Positions 12,765 to 27,327 of a DNA stretch of 64,000 bases are shown one piece after another. The notes under the pieces are model-generated. The model had not been told where the DNA came from. It ran no database searches and was given only the letters and a program-made list of their open reading frames with translations. The stretch is taken from assembly GCF_006345805.1 (NCBI RefSeq), contig NC_043000.1:62186001-62250000 (forward strand). The letters are read 5' to 3'. How positions within the stretch are numbered: position 1 is the first letter of the stretch; each line of letters starts with the position of its first letter. The position numbers and the translations under genes are program-made. The DNA is from Octopus sinensis (Eukaryota).

Positions 12765-12826
12765 CAACAACAATAACAATAATAATGATGATGATGATGA
12801 TGATGATGGTAATGAAGATGATGATT
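12668..12826. repeat. Compound (AAT)n(AAC)n(GAT)n microsatellite
   Basis: Direct reading. Confidence 0.95.
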
Positions 12827-12927
12827 AAAGATTTCAACAGATGGATAGAGGAAACATGCATAAAACCCAGTTTAGTACGGTGTTATTAGGAACAACTAGG
12901 ATACTGAGGAGGGTTCTTGGCATCTAA
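12827..12927 (+). pseudogene. Extreme 3' end of an RLE non-LTR element (R4/Dong-like)
   Basis: KDFNRWIEETCIKPSLV then (frameshift) TVLLGTTRILRRVLGI*, the typical Q-K-x-V-L-L-G-T-x-R-I-L-R-x-V-L terminus. Confidence 0.65.
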
Positions 12928-14340
12928 GTTCTAGGAATTTTTTTTTTCTTTTCTAACAGTCTAATCTGTTGAGCGTATATGAAATAATAAAAGAAGTGAA
13001 ATAAAATCAATGTGTGCTTACTATTGGCATAACGACCCTCCCGAGTTGCAAAGCAAAAAGAAAATTTAATTGTACTTTATCAATAGATTAACGACATTTT
13101 AATTGGTTTCCTAAATTATAACGTTTTATTAATTCGTTTAGTTTCTTTACAAAGTCTACTTTATTTTAGAATACTTTATGTGTTAAACAACTGTAGACTT
13201 AACTAGATAAACAGTATAATGTTAATGCTACGTAAGATACTTTAGACTGTTCTGTCTGGCAGTTTCGATCGATGACTGAAAAATTACAAAAATAATGGCT
13301 TATTACCTTGTTAATCGACTCCAACTATTCATACTACGAAACACTTAACCCACCTCTTAATTTATCGATCAAGGTTTGTATTCGTTAACAGTATTCCCAA
13401 GGGCAATTTTACTAATAATTGGTAGCTGGATTGTTATAGTTAAAAGTCGAAACTGCCGTCTGTATAAGATAAGTATAAGGTTGAATGATGTCATTATAGC
13501 AAAAGGCATTTTGTACGGAGAGGACAGCTAAACAACTCTCTTAATTGATCTTCTTTAGTCTGGCACAGTTGTTATTTTGGCTTGTTACTAAACTTTCGTA
13601 TTGGAGTCTCGTCCAAATAACAACGTTGCAGTATGTTATTTTCATTTTGCTCTCCTACGGGAATGCAAAACCTATTGTCCAAAATTATGAACATCTATCT
13701 ACATAAAAACGCACGTAGACTTAATTTTTTCATATACATTTTTAATGTAGGATGTTAGTAACTATTCATAGATGTCATTATTATGTTGCTCGTTTATTGG
13801 TGTCAGACATTGGACTACAACCACGCCTGGACAACGCCTACAAATCTTTTAAACGATCGTATTTTTCTCGGTATTTTTATCGGTCAGCTATTTTATTGAA
13901 ATTTATTTATTACATAGCTAAGCTGCGTTATTTTTTGTACTTTAAGGAATAAAACACGATACCATTTACATTGGTAAACGTGAACACAAACACAGACATA
14001 GATGCACAGGCATATGCATATATACGATGGCCTTCCGCAGAGCCCTTATACCAAATTTCATTCACAAACCATTGGTCAAGCCGAGATTACCGTTGAAAAC
14101 ACTCATCCAACATGCCCCACAGTAGATCGATCGATCCAGGAAGCACATAATTAGGAAGTGAGCATCTTAACCGGTGAGCTATGCCTGTGCTAGTTCTTTT
14201 ATTATTAATTCTGCTTCATCAATATCTCAGTTAAATTATATGACGATTTTTGTTATATTACTTGTAGAAATAATATGAAATATAAACACACATAAATAAC
14301 TTGAAACTTACCTACATACATATTCACGCACACACATGCA

Positions 14341-14381
<41 letters not shown>

Positions 14382-15469
14382 ACACACACACTGTAGTATT
14401 GATATAGCTTGAATCTCCGCGGGTTATGTACATTAGAAAGACGGTGGACAGAGAAAACATTCCTTAATGCGACGTATTGGGAAATACAGATTGTAAAAAA
14501 CGTGTTAACTACCGAGTTAAAGAGTCCGGAAACAGTTTGGTGTATAATAAATAGCAGAGTGTAATTCGTGTAAGACCGACCGAGCGTCTATGCAGCTTTC
14601 TTGCAATTAAAAAGAAAGAAAATGTAAGACATGTGCACGAAGCAGGTGAATGGATACGATTTTAGATAGTCAAGCTGTGTGTGTCACTAAAAAGTAAGCT
14701 TAACAAAATGTGTTTTCTGTGTCCGACAAGGATCACGAAGTTGCACTGACAGACCTTTACAGATTCTGATGACTTGAATGAATAGCGTATTTGAAGTTTT
14801 TATGTGTGCGAGTCAACAATGAGTGTTTTGCTCATGAAAGCGGTTCACGCTAGGTGTGTACATTACACGTGGTTGGCATGTGCTTGCTGAAGATTAATGA
14901 TGAGTGAACTGTGATGCCATATACATAAGAGTATGGGTGGGGAAGAGGCTGCAGCATCTAATTCAATAATGTATACAATCAAGAATTTAATTTGTTTAGA
15001 AATGACCTAATTTCGTTAACTAGATTTCATCTTTATAAAATTATTATAAAAATTAAAAACAACAAAACCATAATGATGTATTATTTGCAACTGATGTGTG
15101 AATTTAGATTAACAGAAAAAAAAATATCAACAGAAAAGTGGTATTCTGGAGCACCTTATTGGAATAACATCAGCAGATTCGTCAAAACAATTATTCTATA
15201 TTCATTTTTCAAATACGTCATTGGTGTGTGCATTGCCTGCTGGAATCAAAATGGTGAACGAAAACTAATATAGAAAAGTAATATATTAAAAATTATGAGA
15301 AATAATTACTTTCAATGTAATCTGTTGCCATAGCGACCGACATAATGTTTACAGATATTCAATGTGTTTCGCTACTTTACAATTTTGTATTTATTTATAC
15401 TATTTTTATCTTAGGTCGTTCCATTTTTTTCTACAGAGCACTTCAAACAACTACATCAGCGCGAGCGTG

Positions 15470-15935
15470 TCTGCATACACACACACAAATACCACACACA
15501 CACATGCACACGCCCGCAGACGCACACACACACACACACACACATACTCGGACACGCAGACGTCACTCACACACGTACAAAACACCGGCACGCGCACAAT
15601 CTTACACACAAAGACACACACACACACACACGGATAACCACACATACTCAGACACACACACGTCATGCACACACGCACACATACACACGCACATACACAC
15701 AGGGATGACGTACTCAAACACGCACGCATCATGCACACATGCACACAACACACGCACACTCACACAGACACACATACGCACACACACATACATATAAGCA
15801 CATATACACGGACACGCACACACACACACAAATATACACACTCAGACATGCACACATCATGCACTAACGTACACACACACGCGCACGCACACACACACAC
15901 ACACACACACACGAATGCACACGCACATGTTCATA
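15470..15935. repeat. Cryptic CA-rich simple repeat
   Basis: Degenerate (CA)n; explains several H/T- and C/V-rich ORFs. Confidence 0.9.
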
Positions 15936-16209
15936 AAAATATCGGGTAAATAAACTTTACTGAACTTGACTAAAAGGCGATAGCATTATTAAAAACAATA
16001 CGTGGAAATGATGATACCAATTTGAAATGTGTGATATCGTGGTGATATGTGTCTTGGCAGTCATATAACAGAGATTAAAATGTATGTTTACGCGCCCACG
16101 TGTGTACGTGAAGGAGCAATGATTCACAAATATAAAAACATATCTTATTTCTTCACCTATCATATTTCTGCTTATTTCTTCACCTATCATATATTTGTGT
16201 TTGTATAGT

Positions 16210-16500
16210 GAAGGCGCGTGGCTTAATAGTCACGGTGTTCCGCTTACGGTTGTAAGGTCGTGAGTTCAATTCCTGGCGACTCGTTGTGTCCAAGAGTAAG
16301 ACAATTTATTTCAAGATGCTCCTGACTACTGAACTAGCAAAAATGAGAATCAGCTGTATTTCAAAGGATCACCCTTGTCAAACTCTGTATCAGGCTGAAT
16401 CTTCCTGAGAACTACGTTAAGAGTACACGTGTCTGCGGAATGCTCAGCCATTGGCACGTTACTTTCACGAGTAGGCTGTTCCACTGATCGGTTCAAGTGC
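16210..16500 (+). mobile_element. Decayed SINE family D
   Basis: GAAGGCGCGTGGCTTAATAG head, GAGTTCAATTCC, GTGTCCAAGAGTAAGAC. Confidence 0.7.
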
Positions 16501-16854
16501 ATCATAACTCATGAAGTGCCAGTTTCATTCTCTTCTTTTGTTTTGTTTTTGTTTTTCGATTTCTGTCTGTAGGCGAACGTGCGTTTTTAGTCAGTAAATA
16601 CATTATCAATGAGCAAGAAAAAAAAATGCACGCACTCTTCCGCTTTTTATACTTTTTATAATATTTCTCATATCACTTTCTTATTTTTGTATATATTTCG
16701 TTTCGACTGGAACTTTATATATTTGTGTTCTTAAGTCTATATCATCGATTTAAAAAACTTTTATTCGGAACTATTTTCAAAATGTCCAAACCAAGAATCA
16801 TGATATGCTAGTTACTTATATAATTTTGTCTTGCTAATGTTTTTCTTCTTTCCG

Positions 16855-16904
<50 letters not shown>

Positions 16905-17850
16905 TGTGTGCACGCATGTGGGTATGTGGAGTGTTTGTGTGCGTGTTTCCTTATTTTAAAAGGAGTCTGAAGCTTGGCAGAATGTCATTAATTGAGACGT
17001 TTTAATGCATTTAATGTGTCATTTTTGTATGTTGACGGTTGAGGTGTATATAATAGATATTAGTTATTGATTTCTTGCGTAGGAGTTGTTGCTTTGTATT
17101 TTGTTAGGGGATTTATGTAGAATAATCGTTCAATAATGAAAGCAGTGATGAAATGAAGTTTAAAATGACATACATATAAATACAGCTAATACGATAATGG
17201 AACTACTGCGCTATGAATGCGTATAGAGTGTTTCGTAGGAGTAACTGTTTGTGTAATGTTATTGGTACAACTAGAATATTTGCACAAGTAACTTGCCTTT
17301 CAATGACTGATTTGAACTAGTTTAAATAATAATTATGGCTACATATAATTCTCTTCTTTGTAAAATAAACAGTAACAACACATTGAAGAGAGAATTTGTT
17401 TCTTTAGGTTGGAGTGATAATTTTTATGATTCCTGAACACTTGGCTAAAGATCGCGTGCAATAACCCCGTCTTGTCATTGAGTTCTTAATTAATGAGTGA
17501 CTGATGATCTGATACATGATATATTACTTAAAATAGTTTATCACGCATTCTGATATCATCTGCATATTCTTACATATATATATATACACACACACGCACA
17601 GAAACACATATAGATATATATAGATGTATATACATATATGTATGCATGTATGTATGCACAGAATCACATATAGATATATATAGATGTATAATATATATAT
17701 ATATATATATATAATATATATATATTATATAGTATAGAAGCCATCTTAACATGGCTAACCACATAGGGGAGGGGGTGTTAAGATGTTAAGATGGCTTCTT
17801 TACATTATCGAGCGATTACTGTTTCAATCTCATTCTGAGATTTAATAATG

Positions 17851-17979
<129 letters not shown>

Positions 17980-17994
17980 TATATTTATACAGAT

Positions 17995-18950
17995 CCCAGA
18001 TAAAAATTCCCCAAAATAGAAAAATAGCATTCAGCCAACACAGATATTTACACCAACAACAAAACTCCAAGCTTCAGGTTTTTCCCCTCTACCAATTCAG
18101 GGACGATGCAACCTGAAGCCAACGAATTAGTAAAGAAACTCTCTTTATTACAAAATACAGATCCCTTCTGAACGCGTCTACGACAAACGATATATCCATC
18201 TCGGCCTTAGCATAACACAAATACACACGCAAATATTACATTCCTAAGAATCCATTAAAAGTCAGCCCCAATCACTATCCAACACCTCACTACTTTCACT
18301 CATTCATATTCTCCATTCTTCTTCTTCTTCTTCTTCTTCTTCTTCTTCTTCTTCTTCTTCTTCTTCTTCTTCTTCTTCTTCTTCTTCTTCTTCTTCTTCT
18401 TCTTCTCCTTCCTAACTTTATCACCAATGCTTTTTAAGTACCAATGCTTTTTAAGTACACGCATTTTAAGTACACCTACGCAAATTCTATAAAAAAAAAT
18501 GCAATATATTTATTTTCATGAATTGAACAGCAACTGCTAGCCTCCACTGACCATTCAAAATACTACAATCAAGGCACTCCCAAACTCTTCGTCTTCTTCC
18601 TCCCCTTCTCCACCTCCTCCTCCTCCTCCTCCTCCTCCTCCTTCTTCTTCTTCTTCTTCTTCTTCTTCTTCTTCTTCTTCTTCTTCTTCTTCTTCTTCTT
18701 CCCAACCAAGAATTCACAACGACCTCGAACCCACAAGATTAAACAAGAGAGACAGAGAAAGGCAGAAACAAGAAAAATGCCACTTATATTTGAACACTAT
18801 ACAAATATTCTTTTTAAAAAACTTTTCTTTTAATTTTTTCTAAATTTAATTATTTAATTGTTACAGTTGAAATGGCCTCAATGACTGAAACCGGTACTGA
18901 AATGTTGTTTATAAGATTATTTTAGCATTTTTTTTATCCTGACTTATTTT
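17995..18950 (+). mobile_element. Penelope-like element 3' fragment: GIY-YIG C-terminus, 3' UTR with (TTC)n/(TCC)n tracts, decayed U3-A8 HHR at 18864-18899
   Basis: KIPQNRKIAFSQH..KLQVFPLYQFRDDAT*SQRISKETLFITKYRSLLNA; CAG-TTGAAAT-GGCC TCAAT GACT-GAAA-CCGGTA-CTG. Confidence 0.7.
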
Positions 18951-18957
18951 TTCATAT

Positions 18958-19024
<67 letters not shown>

Positions 19025-19252
19025 TCTATATATACATACACCAATTAAGGAGTGAACACGAAAAGTGGACAGTCAACATGCTAGATATAGACGTCAAATC
19101 GCCATTCTCCACAAGGATTATGTTTCTCAAATAAAAATAAAATTCAGCACGACTAAAGCAATGGATGAGACAAAGGAATATACTAAATGGAATAATTTAT
19201 ATATATACATACATATATCTTTATACATCTATGTATATGTATATGTATATAT

Positions 19253-19324
<72 letters not shown>

Positions 19325-19325
19325 G

Positions 19326-19378
<53 letters not shown>

Positions 19379-20307
19379 ACACATGGCTCATACATACACA
19401 CACGTACATATATGTGTGTGTGTTTGTGCATGTATTATGGATATCATATATGTATGTATTATATATGTTTGTGTGTGTGTGTGTGTGTGTGGTGTATTAT
19501 GGTTGAAATAAGCGCAGAGAGGTTATTGATTTCGAATGTTTCATTATTTCATGTTTCCAGCGTTTATGTTTCTCACAGAAACCAACGATAATGCTCAGGG
19601 AAAGATTATTGGAAGACGTGTATTGAAACATTTAAAATATCAATAAGTTGTTTTCTGTGGTTATTTCAATAATATATAGCTTCTGCTACCACAATATGGT
19701 CTGAATTTGTATTTATTCCATTTTATACAATGCATTACTCGAGTTCGACGTAAGTTGAATATCAAGCCATATTTCCTATAGTAACAAACGTCTGTAAATA
19801 TATTTGAGCGTGTGTGTATGTGTGCTTGTGTGTTTATCTGTGTGTGTTTGTTTGAAGTGCGCGAGCGCGTGTTTGTATATGTGTGTATGCATGTGCAACT
19901 GTGTACCTCTGTGCGTGTAAACACGCATACATATATTTGTATATGTACAGTCACCCATAAATGCGTGTATATGTATGGGTGTAATGTATATAGGTAAAAT
20001 ATACATATATGCGTGTGGGTATGTGTGTGGATGTGTGTATGGAAAGTGTATATGCATGCATGTATGTATGTATGCATGCATGTATGTAGATATAAATGTC
20101 ATTATTCTGTTTTATTTCACGATTTCTTGCCAATAGAGAAAGAGCCGCTTTCTAGCCTAGATCCAAAGCTCCTTCATTGGAATTTCAACATCAACAACAG
20201 GGCATCTTTGTATGCATGTATGTATGTGTATGTGCAGATTTGCATGTTTTGTTTTATGTATGTATTCTCAAGCATATACTTGCATGTCTAGGCCTGCACA
20301 TATATAT

Positions 20308-20815
20308 TTAATTGATAAACTTCTGGAAAGTTTTACAGATTTTTACAGTTTCATTGATGGATTTGTTGTCTTCGAATCAGCTTTCTCCTTTTCTGGTTTT
20401 CAGAAGCCTAATTTCTCAAGATTGGTATTAAGGGAGTGTTTTGCATATCCCAGTGCCCCAATAATTACAGGTATAAGCCTGAACTTGTAATCCGGATAGA
20501 GTAGTTGTAGATTTTTCAATAGTTCAGCATAAGTATTTTCGTTTTCACTGATCTTTTTGCTTTATGTTACCATCTGCTGATTTTCACAATTGTACAGCTT
20601 CTCTTCGCTATCCCAAATTACTATGTCAGGTCTATTATGTTTACATTTTATTGAGATTTTCACTGGGACATTCCATCAGTACTCTTTTTATTATGTGTGG
20701 CTATGGCTTCTACCATGCTGTGGGTTCTTATTTCTTTGTCCTCGGGGTTATCCTTCCGACGAATCTGCTTATACAGTGTTCTAACTACAACATTATGCTA
20801 CATCGGTAGATAATG
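20308..20815 (-). pseudogene. R4/Dong-clade non-LTR retrotransposon, RLE endonuclease 3' fragment
   Basis: HYLPM*HNVVVRTLYKQIRRKDN..WNVPVKISIKCKHNRPDIVIWD (PD motif)..FRLIPVIIGALG..TVKICKTFQKFIN*. Confidence 0.88.
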
Positions 20816-20979
20816 AATGTATGTACGTATGTATGTATGTGTGTTTATGAGTGTGTGTACGCGCGCATGTGTGTGTATGAAAGTTAAGACAATCATGTGG
20901 TTTGGTAGCAACCTTCTTACAACACACACACGCCTGCACTTATACATATTTACATACATAAGTGTATGTGCGTGAATTT

Positions 20980-21019
<40 letters not shown>

Positions 21020-21381
21020 TGTGTGTGCATGTCTACCTTTGTCTTCACACCGCTTGAAAACCCGTGCTGGTTTAATTCCGTCCCTGTAACCAAGCGGTTC
21101 GATACCAGAAACCGCGACAGAATAAGTACTCCAGTCGTTTTTTTTTGTTTTTTTTTGTTTGTTTTTGTTTTTTTTTTTTGCTTCAATCACAAAGCAACGG
21201 AAACGGAAACGCAATGACGCTGATTTAATAATACATAATCAGAAAATTGTATTACATATATACGCATTGCAGGTAACATAGATGCACACCATAATTCTCA
21301 GACAATCTGTCTGACACATTAAACTTTATCATTGTATATAATTCTGCATGCGTATGAGCATGTTTATATATATGTGCATGT

Positions 21382-21421
<40 letters not shown>

Positions 21422-22129
21422 TCACAGACACATGCATATATGTATATGTATATATAAAGTAAATTTTATTGCTTTCCTTTGGGGCGTTCATTTTTTTTTG
21501 TGTGTGTTGTTCACATTTGTACTTCAGACATTATTTTCTTTTAATAGTAAGCTAAGACTACATATTTCTTTGTATCTATTATACTAAAAACAATTTTATT
21601 ATTACTCATAACATTGATTAATTGAATTGTGCTGACGGATTTACGAGATACTCTCCTTTGAAGTTTTGTTTATGTTTTTCTGTCTCCATATTGATTTTTA
21701 AAACATATAAAAGCACAATTATTAAAACAAGTCAAAGTTAATTGCCAGTTGTGGGCTTGTAGGTACTTAACATTTTGACTCGTTAAAGAAAGAAATCCAT
21801 ATTAGGGTTGTGTTTGATTTTCAAATGTAAATAGTAAAACGCCTGAGATAGGTTTTGTGAAACTGGCCGCGAATCAGAAACAAGCTTCTGATTTTAAAGG
21901 TAAAAATAGTAATGTTACAATGAATGAATGATATATTTTTCATATTTCATAAAGAAGTTAGAGTTGCGTTTTAAAAAGTCGTAAATGCCACATTTTTATG
22001 AAAATATCACAAAATTGGAACGTTTAACTTTTTGCTATGCAGTCGAGATTAAACAAAAACATTCTTCACATCAAAATTACATAGAATTATCCATCCCTTT
22101 ATCCGTTTCATTCAGTTTAATACGTATAT

Positions 22130-22280
22130 AAATACATACATACATACATACATACATACATACATACATACATGAATACATACATAATAATACATACATA
22201 CATACATACATACATACATACATACATACATACATACATACATACATACATGCGTACATACGTTCATACATACGTACATA
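22130..22280. repeat. (CATA)n microsatellite
   Basis: Direct reading. Confidence 0.95.
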
Positions 22281-23655
22281 CAGATTCTTTACAGTTCCAC
22301 TGATAGGTTGTATCTGTAGTCATCGAATTAGCTTTCTCCTTTCTGGTTTTGAGAAGACTAATTTCTCGAGATTGGTATTTAGACAGTGTGCTACACATCC
22401 CAGGGCCCCAATAATTACAGGTATAAACCTGAACTTGTAATCTGGATACTTGCAGATTTCTCATTAGTACAGTGTAGATATTCGTTTTCACTGACCTTCA
22501 GTTTTTTGTTAACACCCGCTGGGCAGCTAATTTCCACAACTGTACACAAGTTCTCATCCTTATCCCAAAGTATTTGGGACTTTTACTGAGGTCTTCACTG
22601 GGACATTCCACCAGTAACCCATTTTTATTATTAGCGGCTATGGCTTCTACCATCCTGTGGTCCCTTCTTTATTTTATCCTCTGTGTTATCGTTCCGACGG
22701 ATTTCATTACAGAGCGTCCTTGCTACCACATCATGTCTCATCGGTAGATAAAACCGTGATGACATTTTCAGACAACTACATATGATGTGGGCGATATCTT
22801 CGGGGTTAACTCTATAAAGTCTGCATTGGTTGTCACATTTTACTGTTTTCCCTGCTTCTCTATCCCCTTTATACATCAGATATTTGGTTGATATTTCTTG
22901 TTCCAGGATTGCAAACGCATACTCTTCAAATGGGATTTAGTAATCCGACTATTGGTCCATGATAGACTGCTTTGAAGATTAATGTTACTGTCATCTCAGA
23001 GCTTTTTACTAACATATCCAATGCATAGTCTTCGGCTTATATAGGCTAATCTTTTCATCTGATGATACGTTGCGGTAGAGTCGTACGACTTCTTTGGGCA
23101 TGTATTCTAGGTTATCAGAGAGAAATGTTACTCAAAGAGCTGCCTTCCAAGTCTTATGATGTTATCAACCTCAAGTATGCAAACTTGGTCTAGGGATGCA
23201 CTTCGACACTTGGCGGTTAAAAGATGTTGCCAAAAGGATATGATACGACATTCAAAGGCATTTGGGGTCAATGTTAAGTCTCTGTCAACTTGTCGTTTTA
23301 GTTAGAGGCTGGAAATTATGTGTGCTAGTTAGTATTTTTCGGGTTTTCACATCAATAGCTCGGTTCTCATCAAGCGTCCAATGAAGCAGCCCAAATGTTG
23401 GTATGAGTACTGGCACTGCAAACATATTGTGAGTCACTTTTTTTTATTGAATGCAGAGAGTTCTGAGGTTCAAAGTTTCTTTACTCGGCTGTAATATTCT
23501 TTACTAACACAAGTTTTGGTACACGTGCCATTGTAAAATATGTTTTCATCCACTTCTAGATACCTGTAACATTCCTCGTCAGATATAGGGGAAACAGTCA
23601 AATCATTGATGGAGATGTTACTAGTCTGGTTTATAGTTCTCCCATTTTCTTAACT
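22281..23655 (-). pseudogene. R4/Dong-clade LINE fragment: RT C-terminus, zinc knuckle and RLE
   Basis: CYRYLEVDE..KEYYSRVKKL*TSELSAFNK..NMFAVPVLIPTFG..W..AIDVKTRKIL; QCRL..EDIAHIICSC..YLPMRHDVVA; FIPVIIGALG; SGTVK. Confidence 0.9.
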
Positions 23656-24506
23656 TATGAATGTATGTATGTATTGTGTATATACACGAAGCACTGGTTC
23701 TCAAACCAATGCGAAGATAATCCTCACACAATGTAAATTAAATTCATTGATGATGTAAATATGATATGAGTTAAGAATTGTCCGAACCCAATAATATGCA
23801 GACTTAAAAACAAAACATTTCCATTATAATTCATACACTTTCAAATTAGTTTTAAAAGATAATTGTTAATCCGCCATCACCCTTCTTTTACTGAGTTGTA
23901 CATGCTCTAACATAAACTGCAAAATATCTATTTTACCCCACAGCCGTGAGCAGCTCATGGTATGAGAAGTCTATCAGTGTCCGATCTTGTTTACATCTAG
24001 ATGATGTAAACTAGTTAGCCAAGGACTCTCCGATTTCAAGTTGCAATATTTTGAGAGCAATGCATGAAGATATGCAATACATAGTATATTTGTTACAAAT
24101 CAATTCAAACTCTTACATAAAAGTCAGTTGCCACTGTGTCGTTGGTATATCTATGTTCAGACCTCACAATAATGCTAAATTTACGAACACAAAATTTATG
24201 TATTTCATTCATATAGTTTATTCAATATGAATACATCTGTATCTATTGATGTAATATCTATGTATTCGATAGAAATATACTGTGTGTATATATACATATG
24301 TACAGACACACACACATACACATGCATATATACATACATACATACATACATACATACATGTATATCCATTTCCAAGTAAGTTTTATCTTAATAATTACGA
24401 TGCGCACTCTTATTCCATCTCTATTCTTTTTATCTATCTGCCTCTCTTGTTCTTGTTCCTTTCTGTTTTTCTCTCCCACCCTTTCCCTATTCTTCTCTCC
24501 CTTCAC

Positions 24507-24546
<40 letters not shown>

Positions 24547-24826
24547 TACACACTCTTCCTCCTTGGTTCTCTCTCGCTGCTCACACGTGACCAACGGCCA
24601 TCCACCCTTCTTTCTGCCACTTCCTTCATAAAGACAAGACGTGCTTTTACCTGTCTCTTCTCAAAGCTCATTTATCCAACGTTCACCACTTCACATCCTC
24701 TTGGCTTAGCAGCCCTCACCATTTGTTTTTACTGTTTTGTTTTCACTGTCCTGGTTTGTTACCACTTTCATCCTCCGTGATAGATAAAATATCATATATA
24801 GATATGTATGTATATATATATATATG

Positions 24827-24885
<59 letters not shown>

Positions 24886-24904
24886 ATTATTATTATATAT
24901 ATAT

Positions 24905-25256
24905 ATATTGCCAACATAATTATGTTGGACAAACGAGCCACCCTTTACGCAAAAGAGTAGCGGTCCATAAAGACAAAATAATCTCCCGAATACGTCATTC
25001 CACTAATAGCACCTAGACTCGTGCGCTAAAGACAAAAATCCCAAATTTTACAATTCCCCTTCTACAATGTAAAGACGGAATCACTACACAAGAAAGAAAT
25101 ACAAGGAGAATCTTTTTATTGAAAAATTTCAAAAACGCATCTTAATATGCAAAAATCCACGATAATCATACTTCTTTTTTCTACCTCATTCTCCATGGAT
25201 AGACTAATACAAATAATAAGGATATCATGCTATCAATTCAAGCTAAAAATATATTC

Positions 25257-25296
<40 letters not shown>

Positions 25297-25874
25297 TATG
25301 ATTATTTTATTATATATGACATAACAATCTGAAATGAAATTATAAATTTGTTTATGTAAATTTCTATAATTAGAAACAATATAAATAAAGCGTTAAAAAT
25401 CTGAATGTTAAGTTAACAAGCAATTATATAAAAAAAAGATAATGCAAATGAAGCTAAAATGAAAATTTTATAATTTAGGTTTATTATATCGGTTATCTTA
25501 CAAAAAATGATAATCCCAAAAAGAGCATAAAAATCCACAGAGTTGTCTCCCCTTACTCACAGGAACTGGATAACTCCTACCCCATTCCTGTTTTGACATT
25601 CATTTAACAAACATCCTAAAAAACACCACAGGATTTAATCACATGGATCTTAATCCTCCAAGGTAATTTTTAAAGAAACTACCTTTGAACTCGAGATACA
25701 CAAAGACTTTACAATGTATCGGTGTACCTATTTTTTTTATTTTTGTATATGTTTATTATTATTTTTTGCAAAAAAAATGTAATTTTCTTTGTTCCCCCTC
25801 CTCAATTATAAAAAAAAATGTTCTTTTCACCTTACAATTCTTGAAAAGTCGCATTGCGACGAAAACCGGTTTGA

Positions 25875-25880
<6 letters not shown>
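24905..25880 (+). mobile_element. Penelope-like element 3' fragment (GIY-YIG, 3' UTR, terminal HHR), (TA)n on both sides
   Basis: CQHNYVGQTSHPLRKRVAVHK..PFYNVK..E..FIEKF; HHR at its 3' end. Confidence 0.8.
25836..25877 (+). ncRNA. Minimal type-I hammerhead ribozyme, U3-A8 core variant
   Basis: AATTC-TTGAAAA-GTCGC ATT GCGAC-GAAA-A CCGG T-TT-GAATT; stem I 5 bp, stem II 5 bp, palindromic AACCGGTT stem III. Confidence 0.7.
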
Positions 25881-25905
<25 letters not shown>

Positions 25906-26009
25906 TTAAAACTTTCCAACACTCATTTTCATTAAAATTTACCTTCAATTTAGCATTCTGCCTTTCTATATTTTTTTCTTGCCTATATATATAATATATA
26001 TATATTAAT

Positions 26010-26058
<49 letters not shown>

Positions 26059-26099
26059 ATATATGTATGTATATATGTATATATACATATATATATGTC

Positions 26100-26440
26100 C
26101 ATTCTTACATGAAATACGAAGGCAAACTTGGGTATGCGAACAACGCGAGAGCGCTACCTTTCTTCGTCTGGCCTAACAGCCCTCCATATTTGTTTTCGTT
26201 TGGTTTGTTGTATGTCTCTACTGTCCAGATTTTGTTACCAACTTTGATCCTCTGCAAATCCCAAGTTCTATTTGGTTCGCGGAGGCAACTATTTTTCGAA
26301 GCCTCATAATGTCATTAATTGCTCGAAACGTGGAGTAGATGAACAGCCGACAACTGATGAAGGGTTGTTACTTGGCTTGTTTTCCATTTGTTTCTCTCAT
26401 TGTTCGCATACCCAAATTTCCTTTTGTATTTTATGTTGTT
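26100..26440. repeat. Decayed foldback element in a (TA)n context
   Basis: Arms AAACTTGGGTATGCGAACAA / TTGTTCGCATACCCAAATTT. Confidence 0.55.
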
Positions 26441-26679
26441 TTCATATTTCGTAATTCATGTTTACGTTCTGTAACCTTCTGTAACCTTCTATATATTCAT
26501 ATAGATATACATATATATGCAAGTATGTACATATATGTATGGATATATATGTGCGGTATATCTATATATATATATATATATATATAGATATTATATATAT
26601 TATATGTAGTACGTTTAAATATGACCATTCCGAAATATAACAATTTATATATATATATATATATTATTTATGTTATTAT

Positions 26680-27327
26680 ACGTGTGTGAGTGTGTTGGTG
26701 CGTTTATGTCCCCGCAACATAGCGGTTCGGCAAAAGAAACCGATAGAATAAGTACTCAGCTTACAAAGAATAAGTCAATTTGTTCGATTAAAGGCGGTCT
26801 TCTAGCATCACTGCAGTCAAATGACTGAAACAAATAAAAAAATAAAAAATAAAGAATATATACACATATTGGTTTCTGATAAACAAAACTTTATATATTT
26901 CTTTGGAACAGAAAGACAAACTTGCATATTCTTTTCTGCTCAAGACACAAAGCGCGAAATTTTGATGGTGGGGCGAGTCGATTTGACTGACCCCAGTTCG
27001 CAGCTAGTACTTAGTTTATCGACCCCGAAAGGATAAAAGGCAAAGACAACCTCGGCGGAATTTGAACTCAGAACGTAGAAGACAGACGAAATACCTATTT
27101 CTTTACTACCCACAAGGGGCTAAACACAGACAGGACAAACAAGGACAGACAGACGGATTAAGTCGATTATATCGACCCTAGGGCATAACTGGTACTTATT
27201 TAATCGACCCCGAAAGGATGAAAGGCAAAGTCGACCTCGGTGGAATTCGAACTCAGAACATAAAGACAGATGAAATAACCACTAAGCATTTCGCCCGGAG
27301 TGCTAACGTTTCTGCCAGGTTGCCGCC
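26680..27327. mobile_element. SINE family A 3' half (+) followed by dimeric SINE family B (-, about 26960-27327)
   Basis: Family consensus matches; family B body is duplicated internally. Confidence 0.8.

Noticed and set aside
17770-17830. AATCTCA-GAA-TGAGATT hairpin followed by GAAAC on the minus strand
   Set aside because: No CUGANGA-like core upstream
26300-26370. GCTCGAAACGT followed by CTGATGAAGGG
   Set aside because: The boxes are in permuted order and no stem II pairing closes them
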